Below are positions 1-10,442 of a stretch of 34,116 nt of DNA, piece by piece (position 1 is the first letter of the stretch; each line of letters starts with the position of its first letter). Made by a program: the position numbers and the translations under genes. The notes beneath the pieces are model-generated. The model saw nothing but the letters and a program-made list of their open reading frames with translations. It did no database searches and had not been told where the DNA came from. Source of the stretch: Welwitschia mirabilis (lineage: Eukaryota); NCBI GenBank assembly GCA_051453625.1, contig JBOZIK010000001.1:1085066-1119181 (forward strand). Reading direction: 5' to 3'.

Positions 1-1526
1 TGAGAGGCATAAATGAGAGGTGTTATGGAGATAATACGGGAACATGCGATTTGCAATCATGTTAAATTAAGCAATTAAGCCTAGATTTGCATCTTGTATT
101 CAGCATACTCCATCTTTAATAGAAATCTCATACCCCTTCTCTTACAGCTGACCCATACTAAGCAAGTTGATCTTTAAATCAGGAGTAAAAAGAACATTAA
201 AGATAGTGTGGGTAGAGCTTTCCTTGGTTTGGAGAGTAACTCTTCCTTTTCCCATAATAGATACTGTGGAATTATCACCAAACTTGACAGTGTTACAAAA
301 ACATTTGTCTAGGTTAGAGAAGGCCTTCTTATCTCTACACATGTGGTTACTACAGCTAGTACCTAAATATCACATGTTTTGTTGAATTTCTTCATTTACT
401 TTACACGCCATCAAAAGAGACACTTCTTCTTCTTTTTNNNNNNNNNNNNNNNNNNNNNNNNNNNNNNNNNNNNNNNNNNNNNNNNNNNNNNNNNNNNNNN
501 NNNNNNNNNNNNNNNNNNNNNNNNNNNNNNNNNNNNNTCTTCTTTTTTTGAAAAATTAGTTCTTTCTCCATTTTGTCTTACCAAATTAGTTCAACATTCT
601 AACTGATAATGATAATACATATGCCATCAGTAGCATTTAACATTAGACTTGTCTATTGACCTTAACCTATGAGTTATTAAGTGATGGCCTCCTCGTCCTC
701 TTGCTCTTCCTTGAAATTGATTTTCTTGGTGCTAGTGATGTCGTTGTTGGTTGCCACGATCATTACTCTGAAGGGAGTTCCGCGAAGGAAGTCATGCAAA
801 GGGAGTTATTGTTCCTCTACCTTTACCTCTACTTCTGCCTCTACCTTGTTCTCTATCTACTTTTGGTACTGAGTGATTTTCTATTGAGGCCTTTAGTGGT
901 TACTCCTCTTTCTTCTACTAGTTAAATTTTTTCTTATGAACCAAAAAAGAGCTCTACAACTCATCAATTGAGAGTGCATCAATGTCTCTTTATTCTTAAA
1001 TAGAGCATACAATAAAATTAAATTTTGATATCATCGATCGAAAATTCTTCTCGATAATGGTGATGTCTTCCATTCTTTCTCTATGGATCCTCATCTTCTT
1101 GATGATCGTCATCGTTCTTGAGTAGAAGCCTATAGCTAACTCGTTTAACTTCATGCGTAAAGTCTCAAATTTGGTCCAAAGTCCTTGGAGTTACACCCGG
1201 TTTGCCCTCACATTCCCTTAATGCTTCTTCTTCCTGGAGTCCCAAATCTGCTTGGAGGTATCTTTGCTAAGAATTATCTCCAAAATTACTTGATAAATGG
1301 CTTGGAAAATATAGTTCTTAGCATTAAGGTCCTTTATCTTCAATGCGTCTATCTCCATTTTTTGTATCTTTGACAACATTACTCTAGCTATTGGCTCTGC
1401 TACTATAGATTCAACAACCTACCAATACTTCTTGGATCTTAAGAAGTTATCTATTAGCATGCTCCAATGATCACAATGATCATTAAAGTGGGGAATTGCT
1501 AGTTGCACAAAGTTTTTGTTGGCCAT
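1..1526 (-). pseudogene. Degenerate copia gag-protease polyprotein with several stops and frameshifts
   Basis: ATG at 1526 gives MANKNFVQLAIPHFNDHCDHWSMLIDNFLRSKKYW*VVE, later KDLNAKNYIFQAI...KDTSKQIWDS and DKSNVKCY*WHMYYHYQLEC*. ORF 142-342 is the protease region. Confidence 0.9.
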
Positions 1527-1608
1527 CGTGATTTTACTACTGCTACAAGAAGAGTAAAAAAAAGAACTGTCATTTTTTTTAATGTCTCACATACTTTTCA
1601 TTTCTTTT

Positions 1609-1621
1609 GGCCCTGATACCA
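1609..1621 (-). other. Primer-binding site (tRNA-iMet type) of the copia element
   Basis: The minus strand reads TGGTATCAGGGCC, one mismatch from TGGTATCAGAGCC, 2 nt after the LTR-terminal CA. Confidence 0.88.
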
Positions 1622-1623
1622 AA

Positions 1624-2633
1624 TGTTAAAAATAAGAGAGCAAAAAACTAAATAGAAATTTAATGCTTTAAAGGGAGTTTCACAAANNNNNNNNNNNNNN
1701 NNNNNNNNNNNNNNNNNNNNNNNNNNNNNNNNNNNNNNNNNNNNNNNNNNNNNNNNNNNNNNNNNNNNNNNNNNNNNNNNNNNNNNNNNNNNNNNNNNNN
1801 NNNNNNNNNNNNNNNNNNNNNNNNNNNNNNNNNNNNNNNNNNNNNNNNNNNNNNNNNNNNNNNNNNNNNNNNNNNNNNNNNNNNNNNNNNNNNNNNNNNN
1901 NNNNNNNNNNNNNNNNNNNNNNNNNNNNNNNNNNNNNNNNNNNNNNNNNNNNNNNNNNNNNNNNNNNNNNNNNNNNNNNNNNNNNNNNNNNNNNNNNNNN
2001 NNNNNNNNNNNNNNNNNNNNNNNNNNNNNNNNNNNNNNNNNNNNNNNNNNNNNNNNNNNNNNNNNNNNNNNNNNNNNNNNNNNNNNNNNNNNNNNNNNNN
2101 NNNNNNNNNNNNNNNNNNNNNNNNNNNNNNNNNNNNNNNNNNNNNNNNNNNNNNNNNNNNNNNNNNNNNNNNNNNNNNNNNNNNNNNNNNNNNNNNNNNN
2201 NNNNNNNNNNNNNNNNNNNNNNNNNNNNNNNNNNNNNNNNNNNNNNNNNNNNNNNNNNNNNNNNNNNNNNNNNNNNNNNNNNNNNNNNNNNNNNNNNNNN
2301 NNNNNNNNNNNNNTAAGAGAGCAAAAAACTAAATAGAAATTTAATGCTTTAAAGGGAGTTTCACAAAGGGAGTCATGTAAAGGGAGTCATATTTTATTTA
2401 ATACAACTAGACAACCTTATATAGGCATACAATGGAAATAACAGTTCTTCTTATTCTTCTTTTTTTTTTTTTTTGTAATAGACCCACTAATGCTACTAAC
2501 TTAATAACCATTTTCCTTCTTTTTAGTAACTGACTCACTAACTCTACTGACTCAATAACTGTTTTCTTTCTTTTCTGTAATTGACCCACTAATTCTACTA
2601 ACTCGATAACTCTTTTCTATTTTCATACTAACA
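1624..2633 (-). repeat. 5' LTR of the copia element; about 330 bp once the N gap and its duplicated flank are collapsed
   Basis: Inverted termini TGTTA/TAACA, a minus-strand TATA (plus-strand CCTTATATAGG near 2415-2425) and the adjacent PBS. Sequence 1633-1686 recurs at 2313-2366 across the gap. Confidence 0.8.
2475..2624. repeat. Three 51-bp tandem units in the U3 region of the copia LTR
   Basis: Units of the form GTAA.(T/A)GAC.CACTAA..CTACT.ACT..ATAAC start at 2475, 2526 and 2577. Confidence 0.85.
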
Positions 2634-5600
2634 TTAAATTATTGGCATTATCTAAAGGAAATTCCAACATCAATGACCTATTCATCAAATAGTGAAGGTT
2701 TTGCAAGTATAAGGTTAAATATTTTTGCTCAAGGTTGATTCCCGATATAAAGTAAATCCTAGAATCCTTTTATATCAAAGCATCTACGATGAAGGCTGAG
2801 CCTTAACATTAGTTGTCTTGCCTTCCTCATATGGTGGGGATTCGCAATGGATGCATTCTTTCAGTATATTGGTTGTAAAACATTCTCAAAATCCATGGCA
2901 TTTTCAATTAGTTATACATGGATTTTGAGGATTTCATTCATTATGTCATGATAGGAAAGTACACAAAAAGTCATAGTAACTATAAGGGCTATGCCACAGG
3001 AAGCACTAAGCTATGAGATTTCAAAAATAACTTAGCCATAAAGTAATATCTAAAGTAGTATGAAAAAGGCTATCCTTATTTTTACACAGTAGAATTTTTA
3101 TGTAGAGAATTCTAAGATCATGCACTTCACCTTTAAATATGCTAAGTGCTTAGAAAAATATCCTAAACACTATGTGTGACATGTAATATGCATGTCATTG
3201 CAGAGCACTGCAAGTCAAAGCAATAAGACGGTTTTGGATGAGAGTTTCTGGAAGACGTTGATTTTTTGTGTAAGGCCAGGGCACAAGAGAATTAATTCAA
3301 TGAGTCATTTAGACATGCATACAACCCATAAATATATAGATTTATTTTCAAAGAAAGATGGACTTCCCAAAAATAAAAAGGCAAATTTTGTGGTCTCTAA
3401 GTCATCATGGTAGTGATACTTTTCCAAATCCTTGGGATTACTTCTTTAACATATGTGACTAGTAAAATGTTTCTTTACTAATTTCGCTTCTTTTTTTTTT
3501 CAAGGCTCCCCAAATTTTTTCGTGGGGTGATGTTGGTCATAATAGGTATCAAAGGATCTAATTCAATAGTTCATTAGAAGTAAAAATTAATGGTGAGATT
3601 TTTCATGAGAAAATTCTAATGCAAAAAGGTAAGAAATGACATAACGAACAAATCAAGATTTTGAATGAGATAAATTGTCATAGAAGGAAGACTATTCTAT
3701 TTTAATAAAAAGAGATAAGTAGATAAAGATTTAATGGAAACAAAATACTAAGATATAGTGATTAGCATAAGACACTTGATAAAATAAATTACCAAATGTA
3801 ACATAGTATGCAATAATAGCAGAAGCCAACCTACTATTAGTGAATGAATAGCACAAAGAGAGATCCACTATGAAAAACAAGAACATGACTAAAATCCTAT
3901 CATCTAACATATAATAAGCAATATATAATAAATTAAAAATGAAAGAGAGGCACACCCTTTGTAGCAAATGTTAAAAAGTAAGCGGTTTTACATGAGAAGA
4001 ATACTATAGAATACAATTAATATTTTTTCTTCTTACTGTAAATGATAATAAAAATAATTAAAAAAAGCCTAAGCAATACAGATTTAAATATAACATCTTT
4101 TCAAAATGTCATCTATTCATGATGATCTATTGTTTTTGCAAAAATATTTTATTGTAATGTTTAATAATAGGAACTATAAAAAATATATAATGAAAAAATG
4201 ATATATTTTCAATGAGCTAAGTAAAACCAATTGAAATCCTACAAAATTGAAGCAAAGACTTACTATTCCTTGGAAAATTATGTTTAAGAAAAACTCTGAT
4301 ATTTTTCTACTTTAAGAATATACTACAGTTTCAAAGAAACATATGTCCTAGCTGCCGAGAAAGAGGCTAGTAGTCTTAAAATAAGAACTAAAGCTATCAG
4401 TTATCATATATACATCCCTAATCATCATTCTTCGATAAGGATTACAATAAAATTTAAAACAATGAAATCATTCATTTAAGCCAAATTAAATTATTCAAAG
4501 AAAAGTGAAACGATTTATAACAAGGGAAGAAAAAATAATAGATAAAATCTATTTATAAGACAAGCAGCCAAGAAATCCTAAATAAAGGAAGCCACAATAA
4601 TTATCATTATTTCTTAACCCAAAATGANNNNNNNNNNNGCAACCTAGACTTTATGGGTAAGTAATAAATTATTTACTTTAGATGTTGAACATTGTAAAAG
4701 AAAATAAAGAAACTTAAGATTTCAAAGCAATATCATTACCATTCAAATATGGATCATCTTAGAGTATGATGTAGTAAATTAAAAGTGTGGTGGATGTCAT
4801 AAGCCTAGTACATCAATCGTCTACCCTAATAAAAACCTAACAAGACATTGAAGAAACCAAACTCAAATAAATTAAAAATTATAAAACATTTAAAATGGTT
4901 ATTACAATGCAAGTACTTATACATGCATCGATAATGTAAGAAAAGAAAATACAGTTATATATTAAATTCCATTAATCAATAATGCAAATACTATATACAA
5001 TAATAATTAAGTAGAAAATATGTTCCTAGACTTGATAAGGAAATTACCTCACGGAAAAACCAGTAGGTTCTCACATGCTTAGGAATGAAGAAAAGAGGTT
5101 TAAGACCTCATGATAAGACAAGGCCTTCTCATAGTCATAGAAGCCATAATGAGATCAATAAATATGAGGGGATAAATTGTAAACAAGAAATACCTAAGAA
5201 GTAATAAGTTAATGATGATAATGTTTCCTAATGCTTGAGGTATGTTATGGTTTTATAGCCTTAGGCTTTAGGATTTTACACTTGGTTTAACTTAATAGTT
5301 TGATGTACATTGAATACACTAAATTAGGATAAAGTGAGCTTCATTAAAAATTAATATTAATCAAGTTCACATTTATTATAGCTTTCATCGTTTTGCATCA
5401 TTTAGTTAACTATGGTAGCTTTTTATCAAATATATGATTTAATGGTTGATCTTCAGTTTAGGTTTTTTGGTACCAAATTAAGACTTAAAAAATTTAACTA
5501 AAGCTTAATTATCAGGTTCTCACTTGCATAATTGAGACTTAAAACAATCAGCTAAAATTTAATTATTATAATCTAACTTGCGTAATAAATGCTAAGTAAC

Positions 5601-8026
5601 AATCCTTCATATTAAAAATTAGATAATAATTAGGATCAATGCTTGACTTGTAAAAGATGATTATTCAACATGGTATTTATAGCCTCAAAATAATTAATTT
5701 ATTAAGGTTTAAAAGAAAAAATTGTAAAAATTAAACTATAATCACATATAAAGAATGCTTAAAGTTTATTTTAATGAAGGATTTATTAACCATAATTTTA
5801 TCTTTGGATAAATATTTCCACAATAATAAACACATAGAATGTGATAGTTTATTCCACCATAATAATGATATAATGATTTACACTTAACCTAATGATTCCA
5901 ATATTTATCAACATTATTTTAAATTCAATTAGTGTCTAGTATTGTAACTTCCAAAACTAAAGAAAGTTAGGCTATTATCTCAAGGCTACAATTTCCTTAG
6001 AAGACAGTTTTGTGTTTTTATATAAATAAGTAAATTATTTAATTAAATCTTTATTCTTGTTATCTCACCAAATACAAAGCATTCATTATGCTAGTGCTTA
6101 TTTAATTATTATCTTGTTCACTTTCATCCTCATAATTATAGTGGTTTATTTTTACCATTAGTTTTTCTATCATGAACTCATTGCGATGATACATCAAGTA
6201 GATCCTTCTTTTAGAAGTTACATCATACTCACTTTCCAAGTCAATCATGAATTAATTAACTTTAATTGATTGTTACTTATCATTACTTTATAAATTCCTC
6301 ATTCCACATTGAATGTTATATAAACTAAAAATACATAATTAAGGTTTTCTACATACATAACATTACTAATGGAAGATCATTGATATGAAAATTAGGAACA
6401 TTGATTATTGAGAGCTTTTTTTTTATTTTTAATCATTATTCTTTAAGTTTGTTAATGTTATTATTTACACATTTTATCACTATCATTTGCTAATATGCTT
6501 TACAACACTTTAGATGGAGAATTAAATAAATGGGTTTCCTCTTACATAGCGAATCCTTTGGGCTTTTAATCATATTGTTTATCTTAGGGATTCAATCTTT
6601 AGAGTCTCTTTATGAAAATAGCATGTGAATTTATATCAGTATTATTATACCATGTTGCAATAAAAAAATGATGTAAAATCACAAAGATAACAAACGATTA
6701 TATCAGCTTGTATCCATTTATTGAATCCTTAACCTTTTTTTTTAAGTCACAACTACTATTTGTTAGACCAGAATATTGTTCAAGTTCATTTTAGTTATAA
6801 TGGAGGTTATATATTGGGTCCTAATTAATTTTTTATGAAATGAAAATTGTTAAGAGAAAAAAAGAATAACAACAATATTTGAAAAGGAGAAAGTGATGTG
6901 TTAATTTATCTTTTCTTGTCTTTATATCTTTTTAATATTTACAATATAATATACAAGGATTTAGGTGAGAGAAACTTTGTCCTTTATCTAAATATTTTCT
7001 TTAGAACGTTTTCGCTAGTGTCCTAACACACTTGCATATAAGTCTAAAACCAAGAGAATACATTAATGTAAACACAATTTAATTTGAAAAGTAAAGTATG
7101 ACTTGTTTCTCAAAGGCATGGTTGACAAATGGATATATTTAACATATCTTTTGAAAATTACTTAATTAAAGTCACATGGTGGATTCTAAAGCAAGGGTAA
7201 AAAGATCATAACAATATGGCAACTACAAATGCTCAAAAGTTTTTAATTAAGGTTACATGGTGGGTTGTAAAGGTGCAGTAAAAGGCTATTAAGAATATGA
7301 TATTTAAAGATGCAAGTCCTAAAATTAGAGTAAATGGTTAATAAGAATATGACAGGTAAAGATTTAACATGAAAAGAAGGAAAGATTGCTAAAACTTTAA
7401 TTAAAGGGTTGAGAATATAATAATTGAAGATGCGAACATGAAAAGGAAGAAAAGTTTTAGTGTATATATATATGTAGGATAATGAGGAGGAAAGGAAAAA
7501 TGTCAAAGATGGTAAAGAAAACAATACATAGGATGATAAGGATGATAAAGAAAACAATGTAACCAATGCATTGCACTGAGATGAGACAAAACTTTTTGAG
7601 ATGACACAACATGCACCCAACAAGAAATGAGGGAAGCTTTCCAGTGGGGAGGATTCCACTAAGCCTTTAATTTTATAAGCACTTTAATACATGTCAAAGA
7701 CCTAAAAATAAAGGTCTACACTTAATGTTGCCTCTAGGTTGCCATTTTGCTAATCCATATAATAAGAATCACTTTATGTCTTGTTGGCTTTTTTTAAGGT
7801 TTTGTAAGTACTCAACAAATTCCATATGGAATTCCGTTATCTTTTTCCGTTTGCCCACCCATAAATAGATGGAATTATTTTACTAAAATACAATAATCTT
7901 TTCTAATTTTCCATTGATTACAACATTAATTAAGTAATTAGTTAGCTAATACTAGAATTTTAATCTGGAATATTATACTTCGTTGCACTTTTTCAAGGTT
8001 GCACAGGCCCCGCAACCTCCGACGGA

Positions 8027-8046
8027 GAACGTCAGCGATGACGTCA
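8027..8046 (-). promoter_or_regulatory. as-1/ocs-like element (tandem TGA/bZIP sites)
   Basis: The minus strand reads TGACGTCA-tcgc-TGACGTTC: two TGACG cores with the canonical 12-bp spacing, about 300 bp upstream of the TATA box. Confidence 0.6.
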
Positions 8047-8094
8047 CGCAAGATGAAAAGGTCAGCCGTCGTGAGTGTTTGGTTGCCGTCTTGC

Positions 8095-8265
8095 TGACGT
8101 GGCAAGGCCGTTGGGTAGATGTCGAGTAAAGCAGCGCTTCATTAATTGCCGTCAGCGTCTCCGCTGTCCGCCGCCAACATGACGGAATATTCCGGGAGGA
8201 TCCCGGCCGCCGTCGCGGCGTGGCGTCGCGGGAGAGGGCTCTTTGGAGGTTGATGTCCACGTGGC
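8095..8265 (+). promoter_or_regulatory. ABRE/G-box-type ACGT elements
   Basis: TGACGTGGC at 8095-8103 and CCACGTGGC at 8257-8265, both upstream of the TATA box. Confidence 0.55.
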
Positions 8266-8347
8266 AACTGACCTCACCGCAAGCATCGGTGCTCGAATGC
8301 CTTTGCCAAGATTCGCTGCTTCGCTTCTTTCTGCACTTTTGCGCGCC

Positions 8348-8354
8348 TATAAAT
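8348..8354 (+). promoter_or_regulatory. TATA box of the UMAMIT gene
   Basis: CCTATAAAT in a GC-rich context about 240 nt upstream of the ATG, with no ATG between the expected start site and 8592. Confidence 0.75.
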
Positions 8355-8591
8355 GCCCTTCGTTTCTGCGTAAGCCAGAGACGCCACTTGCAGAGAGTGG
8401 CGACACCACGAAAACCAGTCGAGGAAAAGGTCGGAGAAGAAGCAAGGAACTGCAGAAGTTGCAGAAAAGGGAAGAGGCCGCACTCGGAGAGAGAAATTGC
8501 AGAAGAAAGAGGAGTCGCAGGAGAAGAACTTAGAGGTTCGGAAGAAGCTGTAGAACAAAGAACCTACCGAAAGAAGTTGCAGAAGGAGAAA

Positions 8592-10442
8592 ATGCGGTGG
8601 CAATGGTGGAAGAAGTCTCGGGTGGCTTGTGCGATGATCGCAGTTCAGTTGGCATTCGCAGGGATGAATATCGTCTCGAAGGTGGCGATGAGCGCGGGAC
8701 TGCCGTTCTACGTTCTCGTCGTGTATCGCCACGCGGTGGCCACCGTTGCGCTCGCGCCATTCGCATACTTTCTGGAAAGGTCCAATTCCACTAATTCCAG
8801 AACCCTTTTTTCCCGCGTCTCTGATCATTCATTAGTTCTGTTATCGCAGAACGAAGTCAGTTATGTCATCGAAAGAAGCTTTTGTTGAATTCATTGCAGG
8901 AAGACGAGGCCGAGGCTCAGCGGTCGCGTTTTGATGGAGATATTTACCAGCGCGCTGCTTGGGTGAGTCTCTTTCCGCGAAAGTTCGCTTTCCTTTCGCC
9001 GATATGTGGGCAAATTAAACGCATTACAGTTCCAACCAAATAACGATTGATTATCGCTCTTCTGCAAAATTGGACGTGGAAAGGTCGTCGTTGAACCAGA
9101 ATCTCTACTACGCCGGCATGCACTACACATCTCCGACTTTCGTGTGCGCACTGGCCAACATGGTCCCGGCCATCACATTTCTCATGGCGCTGCTCTTTCG
9201 GTAAAACCGACAGACGTTTGCGGCTCGACGCGCAAAGACGCAGATCAATCTGACAAGCTTTATGGTCGTTTCTTTTCTCAGAATGGAGAAATTGGCGTTG
9301 CGGAGCGCAGCCGGGCAGGCCAAAGTGATAGGAACGACTGTAACAGTTGCTGGAGGGATGATCATAACATTGTATAAAGGACCCGCTCTGAATCTCTGGA
9401 AATCCTCGCTGAATGTTGCGCCATCAGTTGCCACTTCTCATCCCAACTATTCGCCGATGAAGGGCGCACTTCTGGCTCTCGGCAGCTGCATCTGTTTCTC
9501 CTGCTGGTTCATCGTCCAGGTCTCCCTCGAATTCTTTCCACTTCTTTCTTTCTTTCCGTCCAAGAAACGCAATCTGACATGTCGGTGCAGGCGAAGATTG
9601 GAAGCAGTTACTCCGCGCAGTATACGAGCATAACGCTTATGTTCTTTTTCGCGACGATTCAGGCCACCGTTGGGGCGCTGCTTTTCCAACATTCTCGCCC
9701 TTCGGTGTGGAAAATGGGGTGGGATTCCAAGCTGCTGGCGGTCATCTATTCGGTCTGTAATCTCAAATCTGTAAATCCCCACCCTTTTCATCCTTCTGCT
9801 CATTTCTTGGAGTCCGTTAATTGTTAAATGTTGATGCCGGAAGAGTTGCAGGGGGTGGTGTGTTCGGCAATGGGCTTCATGCTGATGGCGTGGTGCATTC
9901 GCAAAAAGGGCCCGCTGATCGTAACAATGTTTACTCCCTTTCAGCTCATCATGGTCGCGCTTCTCAGCTCCGTTTTTCTGCGCGACAAACTTCACCTCGG
10001 CAGGTACACCTCAAAACCTCCTAACAAGAGTCTTTGCACACTAGCGTTTTTCTGCTCAAAATAAACACCGACGGCAAAAAGAAAAACCGCAATACTGCTT
10101 ATGTTGGTTGTTTTTCTGCGCAGCGTGGCGGGGTCTCTGTTGATAATTGCAGGAGTATATTCGGTGGTATGGGCAAAGACAAAGGAGTTTAACAGTCAGA
10201 AGAAGCAGATTCCAACGACTGCGATGAGTAATAACAAGATTATCTGCGCGCCTTCTGAGGATTATGATAATGTTGCCGACGGAGCGTCCGTTGCCGCTGG
10301 CGAGGAGCGGAACCCGGATTGTGATGACGCGAAACCGGGATCTGCCGGTGACAGTACAGTATTAGTAGGCGTCCGTGTCGTCGTCGGCGGCGGGGATGGC
10401 CGGACAGAAGCGGGTAGACGCGGTGAAAGCGACGAGAGGTGA
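8592..10442 (+). CDS. UMAMIT / WAT1-related protein (nodulin MtN21, EamA-like amino-acid or auxin transporter family), 7 exons, 412 aa: join(8592-8779,8900-8962,9084-9200,9282-9519,9591-9752,9852-10003,10124-10442)
   Basis: All six introns are GT-AG and the exons join in frame (1239 nt). Family motifs include VLVVYRHAVAT...PFAYFLER, LNQNLYYAGMHYTSPTF, NMVPAITF, AKVIGT, TLYKGP, WFIVQ, KKGPLIVTMFTP and GVYSVVWAK. Internal exons of 63, 117 and 152 nt are typical of the family. The specific ortholog cannot be assigned. Confidence 0.96.

Larger units (their letters stand above)
1..2633 (-). mobile_element. Ty1/copia LTR retrotransposon, 5' portion (LTR, PBS, gag, protease); continues off the left edge of the window
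   Basis: On the minus strand: an LTR with TGTTA...TAACA ends (2633 to 1624), PBS TGGTATCAGGGCC (1621-1609), then a Gag start MANKNFVQLAIPHFNDHCDHWSML, a degenerate zinc knuckle (about 592-653) and a copia protease region (YLGTSCSNHMC...VKFGDNSTVSIMGKG...NLLSMGQL). Confidence 0.93.

Noticed and set aside
1680-2324. Long ORFs made of X residues (also 16486-16995 and 18478-18991)
   Set aside because: They are artefacts of translating N gaps.
3543-3556. PBS-like TAGGTATCAAAGG
   Set aside because: It has several mismatches to the tRNA-iMet PBS and no recognisable gag downstream.
7243-7659. 138-aa hydrophobic minus-strand ORF
   Set aside because: It is a low-complexity F/L/S translation of an A/G-rich strand with short degenerate repeats, a non-ATG start and no domain signal.
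8220-8888. 222-aa ORF as the true first exon
   Set aside because: It starts at a GTG upstream of the TATA box and reads into intron 1. Family homology begins only at ATG 8592.
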